A program made the position numbers and the translations under genes. Below are positions 52,191-64,000 of a stretch of DNA of 64,000 nucleotides, in pieces. The notes beneath the pieces were generated by a model, which did not search any database, was not told the DNA's origin, and saw only the letters and a program-made list of their open reading frames with translations. Position 1 is the first letter of the stretch; every line of letters starts with the position of its first letter. Source of the DNA: Camelus ferus (Eukaryota); NCBI RefSeq assembly GCF_009834535.1, contig NC_045696.1:4528001-4592000 (forward strand). Reading direction: 5' to 3'.

Positions 52191-53019
52191 TGGGAAAAGG
52201 CAGGAAAGTTTCATAAAAGAAGTGTGAAGTGGGGATTAGATGATTTGGACTTACTATTCAGCCTGTCTTAGGTGCAGAACTAGTTAAATGGAATAGAAGG
52301 AAGTTCAGAAATAGGTCCAACATAACATAGGATTTATTATACAATAAAGGCAGCTTGAATCAGCAACAGAAAGATGAATCTTCAGTGAATAAAATTGGAG
52401 CAACTGTGTAGTTATTTAGGCAAAAATAGGGCTAAATCTGTATCTAACTTCTTACACCCAAGTGAATTATAAATTAAATATTTATCTTTAAAATGTGAAC
52501 AAAAAAGTGCTAGAAAAATATGTTTCTGTCAAAAAATAATGTTGTAGTAGGGAAAAACTCTCTTGACATAACACTCATGGACTACCTATAATTTTAATAA
52601 ATACTATAAAATAAATATACACATGGAATTCTGGGAAAATATTTGTAATAATATATATATATGACAAAGAACTAATATTCTTCTTTTTTAAAAAATGTTT
52701 AAAATGAAAAAGACCAACATGAATACCCAACAGAAAAATGAACAAAGCACATGGACAGGCAAATACCTAAACGCAACCTGAATGTCCAATAACAACATGA
52801 AAATAGGCTGAGCTCCTCTTACAGTTAAAGAATTAGAAATCGAAACAATGCCATGCCCTGTTTTATCTACTAAATGGGCAAAAATGGAAATGGAAATTTT
52901 CTACTGCATTAGCATGGGTATCAGGAACAGGTCTCCTTACTCCCCACTTCTTATGGAAATGTTGATTGGAGCAACCTTGCATGAAGCAATATCTCCCAAC
53001 ATTCAAAATGGTTACACTC

Positions 53020-54553
53020 TTTTTGAGTTGATTTTTGTATATGGCCTTAGAGAATGTTCTAATTTCATTTGTTTGCATATAGCTGTCCAGTTCTCCCAGC
53101 ACCACTTATTGAAGAGACTGTCTTTCCTCCATTGTATATTCTTGACTCCTTTGTTGTAGATTAATTGTCCATAAGTGTGTGGGTTTATTTCTGATCTCTC
53201 TTTTCTGTTCATAAACTCAAAATGGATTAAAGACCTAACTGTAAGACTGGATATTATAAAACTTCTAGAGGAAAACACAAGCAGAATGCTTTTAGACAAA
53301 TCTCAGTAGTATCTTTTCAGATCCATCTCCTAAAGTAAAGGAAATAAAGGCAAAAATAAACAAATGGGACCTAATTAAACTTAAAAACTTTTGCACAGCA
53401 AAGGAAACCATTAACAAAAACAAAAAGACAACCTACTGAAGGGGAGAAAATATTTGCAAATGATATGACTGATAAAAGATTAATTACCAACCTATATAAC
53501 CAGTTCATACAACTCAACATCAAAAGAACAAACAACCCAATTAAAAAATGGATAGAAGAATTGAATAGACATTTTTCCAGAGAGGAAATGCAGATGGCTA
53601 ACAGGCATATGAAAAGATACTCAACATCACTAATCATCAGGGAAGTGCACATCAAAACCACAATGAGATATCACCTTACACCTGTCAGAATGGCCGTCAT
53701 CAAAAAGAACACAAATATGGGAGGAGGGTATAGCTCAGTGGTAGAGTGTATGCTTAGCATGCATGAGGTCCTGGGTTCAATCCCCAGTACCTCCATTAAA
53801 AAATTAATAAACCTAATTACCTACCCCCCCCAAAGAAAATTAAAACAAATTTAAAAAAAGAGAACACAAATAACGAATTTTGTCAAGGATATGGAGAAAA
53901 GGGAACACTGGTACACTGCTGGTAAAAATGCAAATTAGTGCAGCCACTATGGAAAACAGAATGGCGGTTTCTCAAAAACCTAAAAATAGAACACATTCAT
54001 ATGATCCAGCAATTCAACTCCTGGGTATAAATATCCAAAAAACACAAAAACACCAGTTCAAAAGATACATGCACCCAGATGTCCACACAGCATTATTTAC
54101 AATAGCCAAGATATGGAAGAAACCTAAGTGTCCATCACCAGATGAATGGATAAAGCAAATGTGGTGTATATATACAGTAGAATACTACTCAGCCATTAAA
54201 AAGAATGAAAAGTTGCCATTTGTAGCAACATGAATAGACTTGGAGGGCACTATGCTAAGTGAAATAAGTCAGACAGAGAAAGACAAATACTGTATATCAC
54301 TTATATGTGGAATCTAAAAATATGCAACAAACTAGTGAATGTAACTAAAAAATAAGCAGACTTACAGAGAAAACAAACTGGTAGCTACCAGTGGGACAGG
54401 TGGGACCAGTGAGAGGGGTAATGAGAGGTACAAACTATTGGGTGTACAATGTGGGAAGTATAGCTGATATTTTGTAATAACTATAAATAGAGTGTAACCT
54501 TTAAAAATGTGTGAAAGTTAAAAAAATTTAAATAAATAAATAAATATTTTAAA
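53020..54553 (+). mobile_element. L1 with inverted 5' segment (53020-53210), twin-primed
   Basis: The minus frame reads [31 protein letters not shown]; sense resumes INSKWIKDL at 53211. Imperfect TSD aaaatggttacactc (53005-53019) / aaaatggaaacaccc (54554-54568). Confidence 0.92.
53719..53860 (+). mobile_element. tRNA-Ala(AGC)-derived SINE (camelid vic-1 type)
   Basis: 53724-53795 is tRNA-Ala-like (A box tagctcagtgg, B box ggttcaatcc), followed by an A-rich tail. TSD agaacacaaata at 53706-53717 and 53861-53872. Confidence 0.9.
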
Positions 54554-56104
54554 AAAATGGAAACACCCAATGATTTATTTGCTTGGAATTTACTCTGTGA
54601 TAGTCTCATGCAATAGACATAAGTAACAATATTTATGCAGCAATAGGGTAACAAAAAATAGGAAGCAACCATATGATAAAATATCATACTGCCACTAAAA
54701 AGAATGAGGTAGATGTGCACTGACAAAACAATAGGTTATCAAATGACAAAAATAGGGTATATAATATCATAATATTTTAGTCCTGTTTGTGTGTTTCAAA
54801 AGTACATACATATTATATACTTTCACATACTATATGCTTTTGATCCAGAAGAGTTTATATGAAACTATTACCTATGGTTTCCTCTTTTGGTAATTGAGAT
54901 CAGGAGTGTAAAGGTACATTTTTGCTCTCAATTTATACTATCCTATACTTCATAAATGTTTTACTATGAGCATTAAAAATAAATCATCAGTTTAAAAAAG
55001 TTGAATGAATGAATTGTATTGGCTGCTACTAAGAGGTTTTGAGTTCATCCATAGGTGTTGAGGACAACACTGCCCCTGGAGTAGCTTTTGGGGAAAACAT
55101 CCCTGGTGATGAATAGGAAAGGTAGTTTGTATCCCACCAAGGTCCTGCCTCTCTGCTCAGTCTTTCCAGAATTCTCTCCAGCAGTGATTCTGTGATCCTA
55201 TAGGGTTTAAAAATCAAATCCATATCCTTCAGCCACAGACGAGGGCTCAAGAGATTTCTGTTCACTAGAATTGCTAAGTCTTCTCCTGAATGATGGGCCC
55301 AAATCTTTGTTGTACTCTTTCCTGTGTTTAATTATACAAGCATTCTCCTTTATTATGATCTCACAAAGTAGTTAGCCCGTGTTCGATATGGAAACCCTTG
55401 AGTTTCCTGATCTCACATACACATAAGTGTGTTGGGGCTTCCTTGTAAATGTTTTCTAAAGTTTTCTTTTCATCTAATTGTGGTATGTGTCTTGGGTAAG
55501 GATCCTTCAGATTCTTGTGCACCAGTGGTCACTGCTAGCCTCCCTCTTCCAGCTCACTTGAAAACATTTGAAACCCATCACAACCACTCAGTTTTCACTT
55601 GTATATCCCACATCCCAAAGGGCTTATATAAACACAATTTACTCTTTAAAATCTTAACATGAGATAGTCACTGTCAGTATTATAAGTCTCAATCTAAAGA
55701 TAAGTTAGTAATTAGTAGAATCAGAATTTATTATTACATGAGGTAGCAAGACTATCAGGCACAACAATTTTTAGTTTGACCCTAGACATAGTGATGATTA
55801 ACTAGAGATAAATTTAATTCCTACTTGTAATGACCAGTTCACCCTAGGATGCTGCCATACTTATTTTTTTCTGCTCTTTAGTTTTCCATAATAATTACCT
55901 TTCAGTTATATGTAGGATATATATTAAATAATAGAGTCAATAATTAGTATATATAATTTGGAAATAGGTGTTCATAAAATTATAAATAGTAAATAAAGTG
56001 ATGAAAACCATCTCACCTTAACAAGTTTACATGCTGAAGAGGTTGCATATCAGTTTCTAAAGCTCATCACAGTGTTAGTGTCCAAGTCAATGGTCCCTTT
56101 GCTC

Positions 56105-56300
56105 ATGGTGGAAACACCATGAACTTTGGAGTCAGCACTTCTTGGGTGTGAAGCCAGACTCCACCACTTACATGCTGTGTGACTTACAAGCCCTCTGACT
56201 CTGTTTCCTCAACATTAAAAGGAGGAGAGGATGTCTCTGACTGTTATAATTGAAGAGCTGGCACATAAAGTCCCAAGCACAGAAGAATGCTCACTAAAGG
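56105..56300 (+). mobile_element. MIR
   Basis: actttggagtcag...ctccaccacttacatgctgtgtgactt...ctctgtttcctca. Confidence 0.75.
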
Positions 56301-56399
56301 TGAGATCCCTACGTTGTGTGAACGAAGACACACTTATGGGTCTGATCTACCCATCAGTTATCTTTGTCTTCCCCTCCTTCCTCATGGACACGAGTGTCT

Positions 56400-56860
56400 A
56401 TGTAAATCTTAGTCTTCTGTTTGAAAGAAAAGCCCACCCAGCCCCTCCCTCATTATACACTGGCCACACAAGCATTTTTCTATTCCCTGGCCATGACCTT
56501 TGCTCTTGGTGGAACTTCTACCATGAGCAAAGGACTTCTACTTGACAGCCTTCACACTGCCATACCTCTGCAGGGATCCTCTTCTTCCAGATCACCCAAG
56601 TCCTGGCTCAGAGAGACCTTCACTGACGACACACTCTGAAGTCACTGCCCATCAACTCACCTATTTTATTTTCCTCATAACATTTTATTATCTGGAATTA
56701 TTATTTATGGATTCACTTTTTATTTTGTCTGTCTTCTTCCCCTCCCTGCATGAAATGGTAGATCCATGAGGACAGGAGTTTTGTCTGCCTCGTTCCCTAC
56801 TATGAACTAGAACAGTGCCTGCTCTTGGTACCTATGCAACAAGAACTTTAACAAGAGTAT
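56400..56860 (+). mobile_element. L2 3' region
   Basis: cctttgctcttg...ggctcagagagaccttcactgac...ccatgaggacaggagttttgtctg...tagaacagtgcctg. Confidence 0.75.
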
Positions 56861-57249
56861 TTGTACACAGTGCAGCAGCATTAAATGATGCACACTTCCT
56901 GGAGGGGAACTCGACAATACATATTAAAGGCCACAAGTACTGGCATCTGTTTGACCTCAGAATTTTTTATCCTTAGAATTTATTCCATGGACATAACTGA
57001 GGATGTTCTCAAAAAGTTTAAGTATGTTTATCATCTCTCACTCAGGCTACTGTCATAACATCCTGACATACAACCTTTCATCTCTATATTCTCTTTTTTC
57101 ATAGTTCAGCCAAGATTATCTCTTATTCCTTTTTTTGAAAAAAAAATCTTATTAAATTGATCGTGGTTAAAACTTAGTTTAGTATACTGGAAAACAATAG
57201 TTTACTGTCCCAAACTAGGACAGGGCTACGAAACTCGAGTTTCATCTCC

Positions 57250-58800
57250 TTGCATTCATTGTGATGATTGATATATTGAACTTCTTTCTCCTGCCTTACT
57301 TTTTGACTTTATTGTATTTCACTTTTCTGTATTTGTTTAATGAGTTTTTCTTTTTTGTTCTACTTGTTTAGGACTTAATGTTTTCTATTTCTGTATGTTC
57401 AGGTTTACATTGGAATTTTATCATGTGCATTTATACTAACAAACGTCTATAGTTAAATAATAACCTAGCCACCTTCCTCCACAGGAAAAAAACAAAACAA
57501 AACAAAACGAAACAAAAAAAAAAATAGGTGCTGTAGGTTGAATGTTTATGTCTACCTAAAATTCGTATGTTGAAACCTAATGCCCAGTGTGATGGTACTT
57601 GGTGGTGGGGCCTTTCAGAGGTAATTAAGTCATGAAGATGGAGCCCTCATGAATGGGATCAGTGCCCTAATAAAAGAGGCCCAGAGAGCTCCTTCACCTC
57701 TTCTGCCATGTACAGATGCATCAAACAGGTGCCTTCTATGAACCGAAGGGGACCCTCACCAGACACTGAATCCACTGGTGCCTAGATCTTGCACTTCCAG
57801 CTTCCAGAACTGTGAGAAATAAGTGTCTGTTGTTATAAGCCACCTGGTCTGTGGTCATCTGTTGGAGACAGAGTTTGGGACTACATTGATTTTGATTACC
57901 CATCTCAAGACATACATATGCTTATTGTTTTGTGAATTTCTGCATTTTGTTTTTTAATCCAGAAATCAGTCATTATTTTATTATTACCTTAGTCAGATAA
58001 CATTATTTGGATTTATCTACAGCTTCATCATTTCATTTGTTCATTCCTACTTGGATCTCAGACCATCCTTGTGGTGTCATGTTCCTTTTTCTTCAAGTAT
58101 ATTCTTTAGATTTTCCTTTATTTCCAGTCTCTTTGTAGTATACTCTCTTGGTTTCTGTTATCTCTGACTGTCCTTATTTCATCCTTTTCATGAAAGGGTA
58201 CTTGGCTGGATACACATTTCTACATTGACTGTTATTTTCCCTCTACACTTTGAAGGTAATGTCTCACTGTCTCTGGATTTCATTGGTATAGTTGGGATGT
58301 TAGCTGTCATTTAAATTGTTTCCCTTTTGTAGATCAATTCCCCTTTTTCTCTGGCTACATTTAAGATCTTCCCTTTGTATTTGATGTTCTGTAATTTTTA
58401 TCTCAGTGCACTTGGACATGACTTTTAACTTTGAACTTTTATTTAACTTAGCATATTGTGCTTTGGGGATTTTTTGTTCCATGTTTTATGTTGGTCCAGA
58501 AAATTTTATCCATTACTTTCTTTTAATTATTTATTTGCATTCATTTTTATATTCTTGAGATTCTGGTTAGATGTGTATCTGCCTTTTTCAATCAGTTCAT
58601 TTCTGTTAATGTATCTCATTTTCTCCATTTCTGTTCTGTTCCCATCTTACAGTAAGTTACCTTCTAGAATTCCTTGCTGGATATTTATTAGAGATGATGA
58701 TGATGGAGGTGATTTTAATTTTCTTTTGTTTTCTGAATTATGTCTCATCCAGGGTTTTTTTTTTCATGTTTATTTATCATGGTCTTACTCATTTATGACA
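57250..58800 (-). mobile_element. Old L1M 5'/ORF1 region, interrupted by MLT1A0
   Basis: The minus strand at 58170-58400 encodes frameshifted ORF1-like KILNVAREK...VYPAK segments. Confidence 0.65.
57529..57870 (+). mobile_element. MLT1A0-like MaLR LTR
   Basis: tgctgtaggttgaatgttt...tatgttgaaacctaat...ggagccctcatgaatgggat...ccagaactgtgagaaataa. Confidence 0.9.
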
Positions 58801-59129
58801 TGAGCATTCCTTGAATATCTGATGGCCATTGGTTGTCCATTTATATTCAAGATCAAGTAATAGGAAGAGAAACTGGGAGCATCATGTAAGGGGTCAGGGC
58901 TTGTGGAATAGCCATCTTTGCCTCTGATGAGAGAGATCTGCACTTCAGAATCTGTTGTGATCTCTTGATTACTGATAGATCCATTTTGTTCACCATAGTG
59001 ATGTTATTTTCCCTTTTCCTTAGCCTATTATTCGTGTTTGAAGGAAACTTCGGGAGAGAAGAGGCAACATGAGTAGACTTATTCTGACACCTTGAATTAA
59101 AAGCCCAGTGTGAGGTTTTTTTTTTTTTT

Positions 59130-59600
59130 AAAGAATAGTTTCATCATATTAGTCTCTTGCTTAAAGCATGCTAATTGCCAACAGAACAAAGACAAGTATC
59201 CTCACCTTGATTCCCCAAGGCTCTAAATAGCTTTCTCCCCAGATGAATTTGCAGCCTAATCTTAAGTCATGCTCCATCTTGATTGCAGTACCCTTTCTGC
59301 TTCCTTTAGTGTCTCAGGGATTTGCACACATCCTATTCTCTCTGTCTGAAAGACCTTTTTTTCCTCCTTCTGGCTTTCTCAATCCCTGACCCTAGAATTG
59401 ATAAAATTACCCTTGTAAATAGCTCATAACATCAGACATCTTTTGTAACGCTTATCAGAGATGTAATTTTACTTTTGTTTCCATGATAATTTGGTTAAAT
59501 CTGCCTCATGTACAAATATGAGCATCGTAATACTTACATCTGACTGCTTACCATTTTATTCCCCAGTCTTCACTTACTGAACAAATGCATAAATGAATGG
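59130..59600 (+). mobile_element. L2 3' region
   Basis: tcagggatttgcacac...; tail ttactgaacaaatgcataaatgaatg. Confidence 0.55.
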
Positions 59601-60840
59601 CAGGTGGGTAATAGTAGCAAAGGACCTTAGTGGTCCACCTCAGCCTGCTTTCTGAGGCTATTTAGAAGATCTGAGTTGAGCTCATTGAGTGATCATGGCA
59701 AGATGTTTCGTTAAATGTATCTCAGACTCATCTTGAGACACAAGTTAAGACTAAATAGTGATTAATGTGGCTTCCAGGGTAAAGATGCTTTACATGTAAG
59801 GTTTTTAACGTAGTGTCACATATTTGGACCAATTTTATCCTCATAATTTTCTGGGATATACTGTTGCCTCATTATAATGCGCTAGAATAAGACTGACTCA
59901 CATCATTACAGGTAATGATTGTTTATTGTAAACTATCCACTTGGAGTGAGAACACCAGGATCCTCAGCGATGTGACCAGGTATCAGGGAAGAAAAGGAAC
60001 TGATACGCAGGTGGACCTTCTGGAAACTAGAACTGGAAGATGACTGAAGCTCCCCGACAGCTCTGGAGAGCACGTCATCCCGCCGAGCCCTCCTGTGCGG
60101 TTCACACACCTGCACTGTGGTTCCCGCTGTTCAGGTCACTCATGTGGGTTCTGGGCACAGCTGCTTTTACCTGCGTGCCTCTGATCTCACTGCCCACTAT
60201 GAAGCATGCATGTTCTTTCTCAGTATCACTTTGATGCTCTTCAACTCTGTATTTTATATTAGAAACTCAGAAAGAGAAGACCGATCTAATGACAGAGCTC
60301 TCGCAGTAACCGAGTCCCAGGCTGAAGGTCCCTGGACAGTGCAGTATACAAAGCACGACTGTCTGAAGGTGCTCTGGGGGCCCTCTCCTGCCTGCAGGCA
60401 GTGTCCCAGCTGGCGCCTCTCCTGGGGTGTGTGTGTGGAGGGGCTCAGCCCAGTGTCAGCTTCCTGTGGGACCAATGGCTTCCTTCCTATTGGGGGTGCA
60501 CCTGAACCCAGCTTCCAGTGGGTCTCCCAGGCTCCGAGGTGCTGCATCCAACCTCCCCAAACAACTGCTGCAGACAGCTGGCATCTAAACCCACATGTCT
60601 TGGGCCCCAGTGGACTGATTATTTCCTTGCATGCAAGATTGTGCTTATACATTGCCTTATAAGAAGGAAGAGCAGCAGGGTGGAGGGGACCTCCCTGGAA
60701 TTCACAGCCACACCACATGTCCGTCATAGTGTCCTGACCCAGTGTGCCTTTCTATGGGGTCAGATTGAAGGTCAGGTGTCCTGTGCTTTCTCTTGCTAAC
60801 CCTGGCTTGGAGATACTTTGCTTAATTGTTTTAGTTTTGG

Positions 60841-61283
60841 TGTAGTGAGTTGACCTGTCCCCCAAATCCATTTTTACCTGGAACCTCAGGATATGTGACC
60901 TTATTTGAACATAGGGTCTTCAGATCCAGGAAGGATCTGGAGATGAAACCATCATGGATTTAGGATGGGCTCTAAATCTAGTACCTGTCATCCTTATGAG
61001 GGAAAGTAGAGGAAGATGTGGAACCAGAGACAGAGAGAGAGGAAGCCACGTGAAGATGGAGGCAGACAGTGGAGTGATGTATCTACAAGCCAAGGTAAAC
61101 CGAGGATTGCTGGCAAATCCCAGAAGCCAGGAAAGACATGAGGTGTTTCCTTCCTCAGAGCCTTCAGAAATACCAGTCCTATCTACAGCCAAATTTCAGG
61201 CTTCTGGTCTCCAGACCACAAGAGAATAAATTGTTGTTTTAAGCCACCCAGTTGGTGGTCTTTTGTGACAGCAGCCATAGGAA
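60841..61283 (+). mobile_element. MLT1C-like MaLR LTR
   Basis: ggaacctcag..tgtgaccttattt...ccacgtgaagatggaggcaga...aagccaagg...aataaatt...ttttaagccacccag. Confidence 0.9.
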
Positions 61284-61690
61284 TGGGGTTCCCTAGAAGC
61301 AGAGCCTGAGAAGGGGATTCTCGTGCAAGGATTGAAGGGTTGATTGAGGAAGGGCCAAGTGAGGAGCTCGCTGAGTCAGGGATGGTTTCACCTGGAGACT
61401 GGACTCAACCTGACCTCACAGGAGAGCTCTGGACAGACAGTGTCCTCCTGCAGGATGTATGCCACCTGTGAGGTGGCACCCTTTTGAACCCTGGGTTAGC
61501 CAGTGACTGACTGTGGGCTCCAGGGAGGGGTGGGGTGAGCTGGTTCTCATTTGGCAGAGAAGTCTCTGGGGTGAGGGTGGGGGTGAGGTACAGCTGAAGA
61601 GCATGGGTGGCTGACACTCACAGCAGCTAGGAGAGGGGTACACCAGCTTGGAAAAGGGGCTCTGTGCTGGTCAACCACAGCTTCTAGTGT
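61284..61690 (-). mobile_element. LTR16-like ERVL LTR
   Basis: gggttccctagaagcagagcctgagaaggggattc..gtgcaag, typical of antisense LTR16. Confidence 0.7.
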
Positions 61691-62244
61691 GCCAGTCATC
61701 ATAGCTTCTACTATGCCAGTAATGGTTTCTTAATCCAAATCTGGTGAAGTTGTGGAATTTGTTATAGGTCCTGATATGTGATGAGTAGCAACCAATTTGC
61801 ATGACGGGAAACACCCCCCAAATGGTACCATGTTGCCCAGCACATCAGATGCTCACCATTCTTCAGCTCTCTGCAGTTGGGGAGGGGAGTCACATGAACC
61901 AGAGAGGTGCAGGGGATTTGGCTGAAGAGGCTCATGAACCAACAGAGGCCATTGGAGAGGGGTGGGCTCCTGCTAAGGGGAGGAACTAAGGCAGTGCCTG
62001 AAACTGGCTGAGCTCCATACAGAACCATGACCAGCTGAAGGTACAGATGCAGGTCTGAAATACCTTAGCTGAGAGGAAGGAGATAGATGATAACCAGTGA
62101 ATTGCTTTTTCATTCATTACTCACAAAACATTTAATAACAAAAACAAGGAATTGAATTTGTGTTGACACAATAGGACATAGTATCAATCCTTATTACAAA
62201 AATTCTATTATCAGTTCCTGTCCATCTTATTTTGTGGTTACCAG

Positions 62245-62708
62245 TGTCAACTGAAATAAAGTGCACAACCTATAAGTTGAGACTTATGTTTTATCAGGCA
62301 GACTTTCTGAGGACTTGCGCCCAGGAGGCAGCCTCTCAGATCACTCTAAGAGACTATTCCACCAAGGCAAGGAAGAAGCTGGGATATACAGGAGTTTTTG
62401 CAACAAAGATCAGTTAGTCGAAACATCAAAATATTACTGTTAAAGAAAACCAGATATCTCAAGTTAAGGAATTTAGTGCTATGTATGGGAAGGTGCAAAA
62501 GTCTGGGCTCATTGAAATCATTCCTTTGATGTGCACCTTATCTGCCTAGGGCCAGTATGCCTCTCTCTGGATGCACTGCCGGGGTGGCTGCAGAGGCCAG
62601 GCTGACTGCTTGTCTGCATTCTGAGTTTCCTCTGCTAACTGTTGGGGGTGGTGGTAGTAGCTCATGACATGATGGCCACAGTGTCCTTTGTTTACTGATA
62701 GGGCTGGC
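62245..62708 (-). mobile_element. MER41-like (laurasiatherian) ERV1 LTR, cut by L1
   Basis: tgtcaactgaa...gcagcctctcagat.actct.agagact...aaagaaaaccagatatctcaagttaaggaatttag...ggctcattgaaatcattcctttgat. Confidence 0.75.
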
Positions 62709-62732
62709 TATATATATATATATATATATATA
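62709..62732 (+). repeat. (TA)12 microsatellite at the L1 tail
   Basis: Directly visible; abuts the 3' end of the antisense L1. Confidence 0.9.
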
Positions 62733-64000
62733 ATTGAGGTATAGTCGGTTTACAATATAACAATTTCTGGTGTACAGCACAATTCTTCAGTCATACATGA
62801 ATATACATATATTCATTTTCATATTCTTTTTCACCATAAGCTACTACAAGATACTGAGTATATTTCCCTGTGCTATACAATATAAACTTGTTTATCTATT
62901 TCATATATACCAGTCAGTATCTGCAAATCCCCCAGTTTATCCATTCCCCACCCCTCTACCATCCCTTGGCAACCACAAGTCTGTATTCTATGTCTGTGAG
63001 TCTGTTTCTGTTTTATGTATAAGTTCATTTGTCTTTTTTATTTTAGATTCCACATATGAGTGATCTCATATGGTATTTTTCTTTCTCTTTCTGGCTTACT
63101 TCACTTAGAATGACATTCTCAAGTAACATCCATGTTGCTGCAAATGGTATTATTTTATCTTCTTATGGCTGAGTAGTATTCCATTGTATAAATATACCAC
63201 ATCTTCTTTATCTAATCATCTGTCGATGGACGTTTAGTTTGTTTTCATGTCTTGGCTATTGTAAATAGTGCTGCTATGAACATTGGGGTGCAGGTGTCTT
63301 TTTGAATTAGAGTTCCCTCTGGATATATGCCCAGGAGTGGGATCGCTGGGTCATATGGTAAGTCTAATTTTAGTCTTTTGAGGAATCTCTATACTGTTTT
63401 CCACAATGGCTGCACCAAACTGCATTCCCACCAACAGAGTAGGCGGGTTCCCTTTTCTCCACACCCTCTCCAGCATTTGTCATTTGTGGACTTTTGAATG
63501 ATGGCCATTCTGACTGTTGTGAGGTGATATCCCATTGTAGTTTTGATTTGAATTTCTCTAATAATTAGTGATATTGAACATTTTTTCATGTGCCTATTGG
63601 TCATTCATATGTCTTCACTGGAGAATTGCTTATTTAGGTCTTCTGCCCATTTTTGGATTGGGTTGTTTGTTTTTTTTCTTAAGTCATATGAATTGTTTAT
63701 ATATTATGGAAATCAAACCCTTGTCAGTTTCATCTTTTGAAAATATTTTCTCGCATTCCATAGGTTGTCGTTTTATTTGCTTATGGTTTCCCTTGCTGTG
63801 CAAAAGCTTGTAAGTTTAATTAGGTCCTGTTTGTTTATTTTTGCTTTTATTTCTATTGCTTGGGTAGACTGTTCTAGGAGAACATTGCTGAGATGTATGT
63901 GAGATAATATTTTGCCTATATTTTCTTCTAGGAGGTTTTTTGTATCTTGTCTTCTGTTTAAGTCTTTGATCCATTTCGAGTTTATTTTTGTGTATGGTGT
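62733..64000 (-). mobile_element. L1 3'UTR and ORF2 C-terminus, running off the window
   Basis: The minus frame reads [46 protein letters not shown]; colinear with the L1 at 43473-44953. Confidence 0.97.

Larger units (their letters stand above)
52230..55000 (+). mobile_element. Old L1ME-type 3' region, split by a younger L1 at 53020-54553
   Basis: Degenerate ORF2 end (ggattttattatacaataaagg; aacagaaaaatgaacaaag) up to ...ttcaaaatgg, resuming after 54568 (ttggaatttactct...). Confidence 0.7.

Noticed and set aside
53724..53795. tRNA-Ala(AGC) gene
   Set aside because: It has an A-rich tail and TSD, sits inside an L1 and shows CpG decay including the T-loop (TTCAA), so it is a SINE.
62245..62708. 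Interferon-responsive MER41-type enhancer
   Set aside because: I find no TTCNNNGAA (GAS) site in this copy.
1..64000. CRISPR arrays, prokaryotic operons, NUMT, non-retroviral endogenous virus
   Set aside because: No regularly spaced repeats, no gene-dense coding DNA and no mitochondrial or viral protein resemblance; the window is typical mammalian repeat-rich DNA.

Overview
Mammalian genomic DNA, very probably camelid (alpaca/llama/camel). The only young SINE I found is a tRNA-Ala-derived vic-1-type element, and I saw no Alu, B1/B2, Bov-A/BovB, PRE-1 or SINEC. A CpG island with promoter motifs lies at ~1.4-2.2 kb. The remaining ~62 kb looks like intron or other non-coding sequence, densely filled with ancient repeats (MIR, L2, MLT1, LTR16/33, MER5A, MER20, L1M) and several younger L1 copies. 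I found no credible host protein-coding exon and cannot name the gene. The listed ORFs are chance frames or decayed L1 ORF1/ORF2. The best-supported observations concern retrotransposition mechanism: two independent twin-primed 5'-inverted L1 insertions with TSDs, a three-level L1M > L1 > SINE nest, and a 46-bp microhomology-flanked tandem duplication inside an L1. Weaker candidates are small + strand exons and several enhancer-like blocks, including a GATA/E-box composite. I see no convincing novel biological system. Repeat family names are from memory of consensus sequences, and coordinates of old repeats are approximate.
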